From: Lingula anatina
Lineage: Eukaryota > Animalia > Brachiopoda
Length of the DNA: 64,000 nucleotides
Direction: 5' to 3'
Assembly (NCBI GenBank): GCA_051362555.1
Contig: CM120641.1
Coordinates: 6,014,001-6,078,000 of the forward strand
Part shown: piece by piece, positions 26,401-38,600 of the stretch
How positions within the stretch are numbered: the first letter of the stretch is position 1
Layout: each line of letters begins with the position of its first letter
Notes under the pieces: generated by a model
The model's database searches: none
Seen by the model: the letters and a program-made list of their open reading frames with translations, nothing else
Told to the model about the DNA's origin: nothing
Position numbers and translations under genes: made by a program

Positions 26401-28833
26401 CGGATGCTTTCATATGCCTACCTACAGACATTCTTGGGACAACTCACTTCATCCCATCGTGGCCAAAGGAGTCCAAATACGTGGGATCGCAAATAGGTAA
26501 TGCCATTGTTTTTCGTTAGTCTGTTTCTTTCCCTGATTAGTCTGTTTTCTTATTGCGCGATATCATTAACATGTTTTAAGTCATCATAGCGAGTCAGATC
26601 TGATCGTAATTCTGTAACAGTATTCCTTAGGGGTCAGCCATTCTTTTATCCAAGATAAAGTTTTTTTAAAGAGTAGACTTTTTTCCAGACCCCCTCTACC
26701 CCTACTCCTCTTCAGAGAGAACAAGGTAAAAAACTAAAAATGCCAGAGCTCCCCTGGGGGTGAAGATCATCATTTAAAAGCATACAAAGAGCATGCTCCC
26801 TCCCAGCGCACGGTTTGTAAACTCGTGAAAATGGTGATAAAATGGATGATCCCTTAATGCCCAACGTTGTACCGTTTTAGGAGTTGTGGCGACCCAAGAC
26901 AACACCATGGTGAATTTCACATTCCCTAACGACGGGCGAAATGTCAATGTGTCTTACAGGAGCAGGTGGTACGGGGACGGTGAGACACTCAGCGTTCTGT
27001 TGAACAGGTACCAGACCATGCAGGTCCAGAATGAAGTGGACTTAACAGGAACTAAGGTGGTGTCGAATAAACCTATTGCAGTAATGTCAGGAAACAAACG
27101 GACCAGCGTTGGTGGTGGGCGCGGCACGGATCACCTCGTGGAGGCCATACCGCCTGTGAATACGTGGGGAAAACGCTTCGTCACTGTGCCGACGGCGGAG
27201 GACAGGGAAGGCGATTTCTTTCGAGTTTTAGGTATGGCAAAGTTAAATGTATTTGATTTTTGTACTTTAGAAACCCTTTAGAAACCCCCATATTTTTGCT
27301 ATTTAATTTTTTTCTTTTTTCCATTGTTTGTTCACTTTCTGCTTTAGATTTTAGGCCTTTAGATATGATTAACTTTAAATAAAACAAATGAAAATTAATT
27401 GGATTTTCTGTCGCTTCAAGTATGTAGGTGTTCTGTCGGCAAACATGTTTTATATTATTCTTCAATCTTTAGGCGGCAAAGCTGGAACAGAAGTCACAGT
27501 TCGGGCCACTGTGAATTCGACCATCACGAAATATCAATTGAACGCTGGCCAGTTTCTTACGTTAGATGTTCCTTCTGAAGAGTACCTATATATAGAAAGC
27601 AACCAATCCATTTTGATAACCCAGTTTTGCAAGACATGTAAGTAGTAAATTCCACGGAGAACTTGTCTGTAAAAATACAATACAACTGAGTTTGAACCAA
27701 AATGACCATCTGTGAAAAATCTATCAGTCGCCCTGGTAGAGGGTAGTCATGGCCCGGATGCCCAGTAAGGGTTGGCGAAAACAAATTTAATAGCGGTTGA
27801 TTATCCGTCAAATTAAACATCCCTCGGTCACACTTATCGATTAAAAATTAAAAATTAAAGAGACGGTTTAGATTTCAATCAGAAACAGATCAGTCACACT
27901 TTTTGTTTTGTTTTGTGTACAGCAAAACGGTCTGTGAAGAAGGATCCGTTCATGATGTACATACCGCCCATCGAGCAGTTCGCCTCTGACTACACCTTTG
28001 CAACTGTGCCTGCCGGCTATTACCCTTTCACTAACTTTGTGGGGGTGGTCATCAAAACGACCGAAATCAGCGGTCTGAGACTGGACAATCAGACAATACC
28101 TATTGACCAATGGGACAGAGAATGGCAGGTTATAGCTAATACAGAGTACTCGGCAAATATCTTAAAAGTCACCAAGGGCACTCACTTGCTACGCCATCTG
28201 TCCCCTATTGTCTCCTTCGCAGCCTTTATGTACGGGTTTGGGTCTCAGGAGTCCTATGGATACCCGGCAGGGATGCGGCTTGCAAGCATAGGTGAGCACT
28301 GCCACCCAAGCCAGAGCCCGCCTGGTCCTGACGGCAAAGACAACGATTGTGATGGAAGGATTGACGAAGAACTAGCCAATGGAGTTGATGATGACGGTGA
28401 TAGTTTAGTAGACGAGGACCTGGCGACAGTGATCAGTGAAACGCCGACTACGACGGTCACAACGACGATAAAAACGCACAAGGAAAATGACTCCGTTTCA
28501 GCTGAAGATATGTTAAAGACTACGAAAGATGAAAAAGAAGGGTGGTTACACATTAATTTCAAAGACAAAGACATTGAAACAAAAGAGATGTCCAACTTTT
28601 CATTTCAAAAGATAGCTTGGACAAAAGAGAAAATGAAGGTTATTCTTGGTACAACCTTGCCCATTGTACTTCTCATTATCGCGGCTATCGTTGTAACCCT
28701 TATCGTATTGTACCGCCACAAACGCAGAGAAGCAGTTGTCGATTTGGAAGCCACTTTGATACAGAAGACAAACCAGAGAGACAATGCGGTGGGTACGCCA
28801 GATGGCGCTATGAACTCTTCATTGCCAACATAA
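23406..28833 (+). CDS. Type I membrane protein with an IgGFc-binding protein N-terminal domain (FCGBP-N-like), ~636 aa
   Basis: Exons 23406-23478, 25387-25556, 26256-26496, 26881-27231, 27473-27637, 27923-28833 in frame. Signal peptide MYRISFCGALVVGLIALTQILA. Family motifs DNKGREF, STDAFICLPTDILG, DLTGTKVVSNKPIAVMSG, DHLVEAIPPVNTWG, DPFMMYIPPIEQF, ESYGYPAG. Then DGKDNDCDGRIDEE, a Thr-rich stalk, a TM helix (ILGTTLPIVLLIIAAIVVTLIVLY) and RHKRR. Confidence 0.88.
25921..26190. mobile_element. MITE-like element in intron 2 of the IgGFc-domain gene
   Basis: Imperfect inverted termini tataggctgacataattt / aatttatctggcctata. Confidence 0.45.
26627..26857. mobile_element. MITE-like element in intron 3 of the IgGFc-domain gene
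   Basis: Imperfect inverted termini ttaggggtcagccatt / aatggatgatcccttaa with TTA/TAA-type flanks. Confidence 0.5.
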
Positions 28834-29621
28834 ACCCTTTTTGCTATGTATATGAAATAGAAACTGAAGAAATAAAAAAATGAATGTTTTGGTTTAAGAC
28901 AAGCTAAAGGGAGTGTGTAACAGGAAACATTACTGGGAAACCAGGCAATCGTAGTGGACGCACATTAATTGTAAAAAATTAATGTAAAAAATGGGAATAT
29001 CTCATGACCTGTGTATGGTTTCCTTTCACCTATCTTAAGGGAGATAAAAATCTGGCAGTTAATTTTATTTAATTTAGAAATTATGTGTCTAAAAAGGAAA
29101 CCTGTCTGGGAAAAATTTATATGATAAATTTTCAGCATTGAGGTTTCCGCTGAGTCATTGTTGGTTTCCCCATAAATCAAATGTGTACATAATTTTTATT
29201 CTTATAATAATAAATATAAGTAGTGTATTTTATGTACATCTTTGTTTTTTTAATTCTGCCATTCTTTGTTATTGTTATGTTAAGCTTTGTTTTTGTGGCG
29301 TTTGCTTTAAACTGGAGACAGGTCAAACTTACGTCTTACCGCAACCAGACTGCATAAAGAGATCGGGGGTTCTCTCTCTCTCTCTCTCATCTAGTTGTCT
29401 TTTGGCGCATGATTTCTGCAACTTGTAATTTTATTAATATGATATTGATAAAATAAAAGAGTGTTCAGGTTGTACATGTATAAAAAGAAATGGAATTATG
29501 ATGCTGAATTTGGCTGTGTTTAAAAGCGGAAATTTCCTTGAGCCGGTGGACATCAAGCTAATCGAGTCCTCAAAAGGACGGTAGACTTAAATCGACTTGA
29601 GGACAGGACTGTTTTCTGCGG

Positions 29622-29986
29622 TAGGGGAGACCGGACTATTTGGCCCAGTTAGTACACCTTTGGCCTTCTAGAACCAACCGAGAATAAGATGGAGGAACAA
29701 ATACGGGTTATAGAACAAGCGACAAGGACATAGCTACTGATGCAACGGGCTTGTTTGGTACACGTAATGCCACATGGCTCATGTAAATGTAATGCCTGAT
29801 GGGTCTGACAAAAACAAACCTGATGTCAGGTGGGCCAACTTGCCTCGTCGCTTACTTGGCATTGTCGGATATGGTCCCTTTATGTGAGATTATGTGATCA
29901 AACATTTTTTTACCTCTTAGGTACTTTTTCATAAATTGACGAGGGGCCAACTTACCCCGGGGTAAAACTAGCCCTTGTCTCCGCTA
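29622..29986. mobile_element. MITE-like element with TA flanks
   Basis: taggggagac ... gtctccgcta inverted termini, with repeated subterminal ttggccc / gggccaactt motifs. Confidence 0.45.
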
Positions 29987-30162
29987 TTGGCAGGGTGCCA
30001 ACTAAATGCCCTGTATTTGATCTGAAAACTGCACAAGATAGGCATGGCGATCCATGTCAGCCAACCTGCTGAGAGTGAATGGCACCCAATGATGATGTCA
30101 TGCGATACGTTACGTCACGCAGTATGAACATTATGTCGTCACAGATCAAATGTGGTCAAACA

Positions 30163-30175
30163 TTGTCATAGCAAC
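30163..30175. promoter_or_regulatory. Candidate RFX X-box upstream of the SAMD15-like gene
   Basis: ttgtcatagcaac (reverse complement GTTGCTATGACAA) about 60 bp before the ATG; CRE-like ttacgtca near 30110. Confidence 0.45.
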
Positions 30176-30233
30176 ATGATGAAGCGCTTTTTTTCGTTAA
30201 TCAAAATTGATTTTAGAGATAACCATAATCTAT

Positions 30234-31571
30234 ATGGATAAAGCTATTTTAAATAACCGTTTGCGAAAGTTAATCGCGAAGTACGACGTTGAACGCATTG
30301 TTCCGGAGTGCTTGAATTGGAGTTGCGAGGACGTAGCTGACTGGATAGAAAAACTTGGATTTCCTTTATATAAGGTAGGACCTTTATAATAGCACTGTGT
30401 CCTTCTGCATGATAGGTTTTGGGCACTTTTTTCAAAAAATCTATAAAAACCAAAAACGTTTCCATGCTGGTTACTGCCAAAACTCTTACTTTAAGATCAT
30501 TGCATGATATAATCCAACAAATAGGGCCTAGATGCTTGGTGTACCCTATGATTTAACTAGTTAGTAGTCATACATGCATGATTAAAAAAAAATTATGAAT
30601 GGACAAAAAGTTAAATTAATCGTGGTGCAGGCTTGGAACTATGAGTCATGTACATGTACGTTGCTCATTGCTTGGAATAAGTGTGTAAGTGCATAACTGA
30701 CAATGCTGCTTTTATTCATATTTATTTCAATGTTTTATAACATTCAACGCCACGTGCTATTCAAACAATTTTGAATGCGTTTCAATAGAAGTTTTAACTA
30801 AAATCCTACTTCAAATTTTCCAAATATTTTTCGGTCACGATTTATAATTCTTGATTTCCCAATAGGAATGCTTCCTTCTCAATGTAATCAACGGACGACG
30901 CCTGATTCTTCTCGATATCCAAACATTACCGAAAATTGGCATTGTAGATTTTGAGCATATGAAGGTATGGCATGTGATGTGACATTATTGTAGAAGTTGC
31001 CAAAATAATGAAATGTAAAAACTTTGGAAGTAACCAAGGTGTGTTTAATTCTCCTAAAAATATTTTGTATGAAGATATGCCGAGCGTCTTCTCTTGCATA
31101 CTGAAATAACGTCACCCTCTGCCAAATCGTGAAATAATCATTGATATCTACTACAATGCATGGTAGGTAAGTGACAAGGTGTACTTAAACTATACCGAGC
31201 GACGCTCTGCGAAAAATAGCGTGCCGGTTCCATCTGCCCAGAGTCAGCCGGGACCCACCCATGCAGGACCTACGTGAAATTTGTTTCTATGTCCATTGTG
31301 GATTATCCCCATTTAAGATTAATGTTTTAATCAGGCTCCTTCTCTACAGGTAATCACCAGTGCAATCCGTCGTTTACTGGGGCTAGAGGAACCCTACTGG
31401 GACCGCTGTATTATGCTGTTTCGACGTGAGCCCCTCGCGCTTTGGCTGGAGCAGAAACAGTTTACAGGAGAAAAATATGAAGACCTGACAATCCACGAGT
31501 TCTTCTTGCAGAATCCCGATCTTTTCCATGAATGGCTACTACTTTATGAACCAAAATTAAAAGACGATTAG
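30234..31571 (+). CDS. SAMD15: Sterile alpha motif protein, SAMD15-like, ~153 aa
   Basis: Exons 30234-30374, 30866-30964, 31350-31571 (phases 0,0). SAM signature WSCEDVADWIEKLGFPLYKECF..NGRRLILL..LPKIGIVDFEHMKVITSAIRRLLGLEEPYW. Confidence 0.8.
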
Positions 31572-32600
31572 GTTTTTATGAATGAGACTGTGGAAATAAA
31601 ATTGAGTTGAAGTATGGAGATGAGAGAAATTGTTAAAAAATTTCATATTAAATGCGTGTTTTAACATTACCCATTCAGAATAAACCCCTAATTTTACTCA
31701 TAATTGTTGGTCTCTTTCTAATCCAAACCGATATAACTTCACCTAAAACATGTCAAGAAATTATACCTAAATTGTGTTTAATAAAAATGCTTTCAACACA
31801 ATAGTTGACTTGGAATGTTATTGCAAAACAAGTACACACGCCTTTTACATTTGTACAGAAGCCAAATGAAATCTACATTGTGCACCGCATACAGCCGCAA
31901 CAAACCAATAAATGCACTGAATATGCGACATGGAATATTATGTAAACCTAGTGTCATAAAGTTATTAGTTACGTCTATACAGCTCTCCACTCAAGTTTCA
32001 TTGTTGTCATATTCTGAACAATTGACACACCATTAGAAAATGTACAAGGCCAGTAAGACCATAAACTAAACGATCGATTTGTGCATTAAAATAGAGCTGC
32101 GTCTATTGTATTTGGTTGAAGCCCCGTGAGGTGTATGATCTGTGTCAACACAACCACGTATATCAACTACTGACAACAAAGTAGGGGCATAGAAACAGAG
32201 CAGACTGGGAGAAGGAATGGGACGCGGATGCTGTTAATTGGAATTTAGGAAAATCTTCACTATTTCCTGTTACGACAAGAAGAAAGTAAGTGGTTTTTCC
32301 GCTAATATTTCCTTATTTTTTCATGTTGACTGTGATTTCGTGATTTTCGAACTGTATTTTTCTTTTATTTGATACACTGTGTACGAGATTCGCGAATCGA
32401 TTTTAGTATCATTTTCAGGTAGCAACTTAAGATGTCTCAGCGTTATTGATCCTCCTTTTCACTGCTTATAAATTATTAAAATACTTACAAAAAGATACAT
32501 CAAATTTCTACTCGCTAAAGGGATTGGGGGGCTATGATTACCTTAATATTCAATGATTTTGAGGTCCCACGTTAAAGCTCGAGGTTTAATTTTTTCAGTC

Positions 32601-33191
32601 ATGGCAGGGCTTTTGGGCAAACTAGCGGCCCTTAGTCGAGAGCCACAGGCACCGGCATCTAACACCGAAGAATCATCAAGGAGGGAATCCGTCGCGGACT
32701 CTGATGGCGGGAGCGACTCGGGGAATAGAGGACTGTTGTTGCTGAGACGCAAAATGTCACGCTGGAAGGCTTCAAAGGGGGGAACCGCGTCTGGTAGAGG
32801 GAGCTTGTTCAAATCTATCCCCGAGGTAGCAAAAATGGAGAACACATACAAAATGGAACCAGACGATGGAACAAAATTTTTGGCCGGACCAACACGAAAA
32901 ATAATCGAAGATGTTCTAACCACTTATCTTCGCGATCTTGATTATGACCCAAAAGTTTGCGCTCGCATGTGCCAGAAAATGAGCGATGAGATTAAAAAGC
33001 GGACTAAGCGTCAGCCGTTTCATAGATACAAGTTTGTCTGTTTCGTGGTGGTTGGTCAGAAGAAAGATCAATCTTTTGAATATGCGAGTAGATGCTTGTG
33101 GGACGACAAAAAAGACAACTACGCAACCTGCACGTTTCAAAATAAAACTATCTTCGCCACGGCGACGGTGTATGGCGTCTACTTCGAATGA
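32601..33191 (+). CDS. Tctex1-domain dynein light chain (TCTEX1D1/DYNLT5-like), ~196 aa, single coding exon
   Basis: Motifs MENTYKMEP, RYKFVCFVVVGQ, ASRCLWDDKKDNYA and VYGVYFE at the C-terminus. An acceptor just before ATG 32601 and a donor near 32286 suggest a 5' UTR intron, so 32601 is preferred over the ORF-track start at 32553. Confidence 0.9.
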   Translation: MAGLLGKLAALSREPQAPASNTEESSRRESVADSDGGSDSGNRGLLLLRRKMSRWKASKGGTASGRGSLFKSIPEVAKMENTYKMEPDDGTKFLAGPTRKIIEDVLTTYLRDLDYDPKVCARMCQKMSDEIKKRTKRQPFHRYKFVCFVVVGQKKDQSFEYASRCLWDDKKDNYATCTFQNKTIFATATVYGVYFE

Positions 33192-35671
33192 AAAAAGTTG
33201 TTAAGAAAGCGCTGGGGGTACAGCAGGAAATCTGATTCCAAAAGATGACCCACCCGAAAGTATAGACGCAACTTCAGAAAACTTAAATCCGTAGGACGCA
33301 ATGTAAACATGAAAGGCCAACTTCTCTCTTTGTATATTTGACATTAGACTTAGTAAGAAATTGGATAAGAGAGATAATTCCACAAGACTGTGCCAGCGTC
33401 TTGTGTAATCTGTGTGGAGTAACAGACCCGCATTTGCATCAAGTACCATAGCGACTGCAGCTCATCGTGTTCTTACATAGAAGGAATGTTGAACAGAAGG
33501 TGTAATGTTCCGAAAAAAGTATATTGTGTTTAAGATCTGAAAGAGGGCCATTAGGTCTAATGTAAATAAACGAATCCGTTTATACAGTAAGTGAGCAAAT
33601 ACTGTTTTACAACACGTGTACTCGAGTTTCATATTTACGAACACGCGGAACCGGCCGATATAAGAATGCGCAATGAAACCAGTTTTCAATTAAGCGTAAT
33701 TTTAGGGATAACATACCAAAATGTTTTACCTAGTACGAAGTTTCACCAATAATCACGTGCGTTATCAAACCACGAACCACATTAAGTGTTTTAATATCCT
33801 AGTTGAGCAAACGTGGGATAGGACTCGGGTAAAATTACCACATATTTCGGTGTCTAGATTTCGCATCTGTCCGAAGTCAGAAGCTCGTGGGAACGATTTG
33901 TCATTGCTACCAGAATTTCACTGTCTACACTGTATGTTCCTGGTTTCGCTCTGACAAGAGCATACGTGAACGAATATATAGATGAAGATTGGAAAATGGC
34001 AACGAAACTTGGAGCAAACAAGATGCTGCATCACTGCATCGTCAGAGTAAAAAAGAATAAATAGAAAAATAAATAATGATACAAATAACAATACCCAAAA
34101 CTTAATTTAAACTTTATATCTAGTTCGCCGACCACTTTTATACATACGATGTTAACCTCATTGTTGTATACACAACATTCATAAATAATGTACAACATAT
34201 TAATCTTAACACATATAAAAGATTTGCAAGAATACAATTACAGCAATTTGCCTGTATGTTTATACACGACTGACATCTTTCCTTTCCATGTTCTAGTCAA
34301 AGGAGTTAGTATATAGGAAAGATGCGGTAAAGCTAGACACTGTTGCTTACTCTAAACTTATGTGCACTATTTAAGGCAAGGTGAAGACTGAGGAGATTAA
34401 GACTACTTTCCATTGCTAATCGCGTTACCCACATATGTTCCGTTGTTATTCTTACGCGGCTCTTTTCTTCGTAGACGACTGAGAGCCTCATGAAGACTTG
34501 GAAAAATTGCAGGAAGGGCAAATAAATGTTAGTGCTAAAAAATCTACTTCGAAAACAGCGTTGTTAAATAGGTCCTTGTCACAAAACGTCGGTTAATTAC
34601 AAAACATCATGTAAATCTAAAAGAAATGATGACAGTTTTGGTAATTTCACCCAGCTGTTTGGCCTAGGATCGTAACTAATTGGGATACAGTAATGCAGAT
34701 TTGTCCAATATGTTAGAAAATTGAGCGCACAACTCCAAGCAAAATCCATAAAATATGTATGGCATCTCACTGGTACTGTAAAGCCATTCATTACACACAG
34801 TTCACATGAAAAGAAAACTTATTTCAAGTTCAAAGTCAGTTGTCATGGCTACTGTCAACAAATTGTCTTCTTCAGGACACTGCCACATTAACTTAACATA
34901 TCATTAAACCCGATATACTTATCATAACCTATTCTTCAACAACAGGATTGTTATTATCGAGGTTAGTACATCAAAATTATGTATCATATTATCTTAAAGC
35001 ACATTTACATTAAAGATAGGTTGATCCCTCTCAGCAAGCTGTCAGATGAAGCTAGGCTAAAACACAGACAGCACTTGTCATCTCTTCTGAATTTATCGAA
35101 TGCCACAATGGGGATGACACAAATGTTATCAGACAGCCCACAGAAATGGATTGTACCTACAAGGGTCAACCTATCTGCAATATGAATACACCTTTACAAT
35201 AAGCAAAATGTATACATGTATCAATATCCACCTTTTCATAATTGGCAAATAATACATACATATGCAGGGTGCATTGTAGCACCAATAAAACTAACACTGC
35301 AGTCAAAATATGCAGAGCATCAACTCAGTGAGAATAATGAAATGCTCCCAATCCATTCCTAGCGGAACACCATTTTGATTATTCTTTCTATTTAAATCTT
35401 GGTTGACAAACAGATATTTAACTTTTTGGTCCATCAACTAAGGAGAGGTAGCTGGAATAGATGTCTCCCAATTCTTTCTTTCCATTCATTAGTATTAAAT
35501 ATCTCTAGTAGCTTGTGGAAATGAGAGATAACTTTCCATCTTTTTCATGATTCCTCCTTAACCAAATCAGCCCAGCAACAGGAAAGGCCTTGAGTTCTAT
35601 CTCCATACATATTCCCCGGCACCCACTTTTTACTATCATTATATAAAAGCATAATTGGTCTAAACTTTGGA

Positions 35672-38600
35672 TTATCTTGTGTAGTATACTCTATAGTATA
35701 ATGTCTTAGATCTCCATAGTGAGTAGGAATTGTCAAATTTTAATAAGTAAACCCCCCTCCCTGGGTACATGTGGCTTCCACAGTACACTTCCTCGTGTGA
35801 GTCTCTACGATATACAGGTATTATTTCATCGGTGGGGGGCCAATTCTCCTCCTTCTTGCCCTTCTCAACATCATCACCTTTAGGTTCTGGAAAAGATGGA
35901 GAAGAACAACTTTTCAGGAACATGAATATTTTCACAAACACAAATAGTCATGTTGATTTCACTTAATAATGAAAAAAGCTTTTTTCTGTGCTGACAAACT
36001 ATGGCATATCAATGTTTTTCCAAATTCAGCATTTATGTGAGAAAATATCAGCATGTTTCCAATAGAATATAGTTTTGTGTATGTTTTGAAGACACAGAAA
36101 AAATTACATCTAAAAACTGGTCAATATCTATGACTTTTATAATTTCACATTACTAAAAAATTATTTTTATCTTTTGTCAAACTAATTTATCAAACTCAGG
36201 CCTTATAAATGGATTAGGTATTGTTTTCTAACACAAGCCTTAGATTTGTGAGCACAAATGCCCAAATTAATGACTTCAGCCATGAATGATCTATCTCAAA
36301 AAAATAGATATACTTGTCACAAGCACAACATTTCATCACACAAACCATTTATCTACTTATCTACCTCTTTAGTACATTCTGTATGAGCAGGAGATTGTTG
36401 AGAATGCATTGCCTCCGTATATAAAAAGAAGCCGTATGGAAGCTGGTCAAATTGTGGTTGCTATGAAACACTAAGCTTGTGGCTAGTAATTCTATGTTGG
36501 GGTAGTTAATTTCTAGGCTGGAGTTGTTAATTTGTGCATTTGTGCTCCAAAATCTGAGGCTCGTGTTAGAAAAAAAAGCAATTATCATTTATGAGGCCTG
36601 AAACTGAAACATTTTGTTTACCTCCTGTCTCTTCTTCCTCTTCTTCATCTTCACTAGAATCACTGACATGTACACTAACATTACTATTGGGGGGCACTGT
36701 CCATTCAAAATATACTCCAAATCCTATGTCATAGTAGTCAGTGGCAAATTCCCAGAATAAACAAGTGCCTTCTTCATGTGTTGGGACACGTACCTAAAAT
36801 ACAGGAAGAGAAGCAATTACCCTAGCTTAAAAACAAAATGTATAGAGAAAAGTGTATTATTCATTAAACTTGAAAATAAACTTCAGTTGATATTTTGCAA
36901 ATAAAGTGTGATAGTGACAGAATAGTAAAAAATAAAACATGTTATCTGTACACATTTGCCTAAATAACAAATTCAACTACAATTTAAAGACTTTGTTGCA
37001 GGGTTTAATTCATCAACTGACCAAGTGTAAACAAACATAACTGAATGAACATCTTCTACAGATATCAGAGGACTGTTATGTCATAAAATAACACATCATC
37101 AGTGGGTCTATAAAGTCACAATGCTACTGGCAATACTACATGCTTTTTATCACTTGCAAAAATATATATATGAAGGACACTAAAAAGAGTCCACTCAAAA
37201 GAAAGATATACAAACAAAAAGTTTAAGTGTTCATCAGAAAAATCTGATATAATCAAGTAAGATTTGATGGGATTTGGAGGAGCTTGGGGTTGGAAATAAT
37301 TGCAGACTAGCAGGTGCTGCCAAGCAATGAATGAAAGGTGAGAGAATTTATCTACAGGTATTTTCCTGGTAGTTTTCTCTTAAGTTCTGTAAAATTACAA
37401 AACATGAGAGAAATTACAAATTCTATAAAAATACAACAGAGAGTTTTCACCAAATTTTACATTCAAAGTTTGTATTGCCTTCTAAAACGATATCCCCAGC
37501 ATATAAGAATTTCACCATGATTTCCTAATGGTTACCCCACCTCATGTGGATTCTCACTTATTTCCTAGCGACTGACCAGCAATCTCCCGTCTAAATCACC
37601 CTCACTTCCACAAAGCAACTTTGCACTTTGAATATAGCCTGCCCCATTTTAATACCTTTGTAACTGCTGATGGTAAAAATCAAAACAATCATTACTTGCT
37701 CTAATCAGCCACCAGAAAGATTGAAAGTTTCTTGTGGGAAGGAACTCAGTAAACTACAGATCCATTTGCTAAAAGGTTTTTTTTTTTTTACTTACGCTAT
37801 TGTGAGATACAGAACCCCAATTTTATGTAAACCCATGCTTAAATGGCCAAAAACTGCCTTAGTAATGATTGAGAACAGATTGAGGGGGTTTGAAGGAAAG
37901 TGCCTCAGGAAAATACTGGGTATCAGATGGCTGGATGAAATCAGCAACCAAAATGTTCTGGAAAGAAAACAGGTAAAGGACATCAACCTTGAAATGAAAA
38001 GGAGGGGATGGAGGTATCTGGGCCATGCTTTCAAGACAGAGGAGGACAGGCTGTAAAATGGGCACCACCTGCAAAGACAAAACATGGCAGGCCCAAAGGA
38101 ACTGGTAAAACCATCCAGGCAGAAATGAAGACAACAGAGCTAGCGTTGAACACCACAGGCACAGCAGCTCAAGAGAGAGATAACTGGAGGTCCCTTGTGA
38201 TTGTCATATGTGAACACATCAATGAAGAAGATTTAGTAAGTATTACTTACTGTAACTGTTTCTCCAGATCCAACTTTTATCACAGACTCAGTATCTTTAC
38301 TTATGGAATCCTTGAACTCTTTTACATCTTTTCTAGTCCACATGGAAGGTGCAGCAATAGGTGGAAGGTTATCTACAAGACAACATCAGAAAGTATATAC
38401 CATGGTTAAAACATGCTACCACACAGCATGCCTTTATAATATTAACTATTTTTAAACAGTTCATTTGTAATGATATTTGGACGTATGATCACAAATACAA
38501 ATAGATAATTTTCCAAGTGTTTTGTGTTAATTTTTCTTGTGTAGTGTGATGTAAAAGTATTTTGCAGAGTTTAACTCATTTTAGTATCTTCAATTAACAA

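Noticed and set aside
32543-32923. Antisense ORFs overlapping the Tctex1, IgGFc and PKHD1L1 exons
   Set aside because: Shadow ORFs of real coding exons, with no independent evidence.
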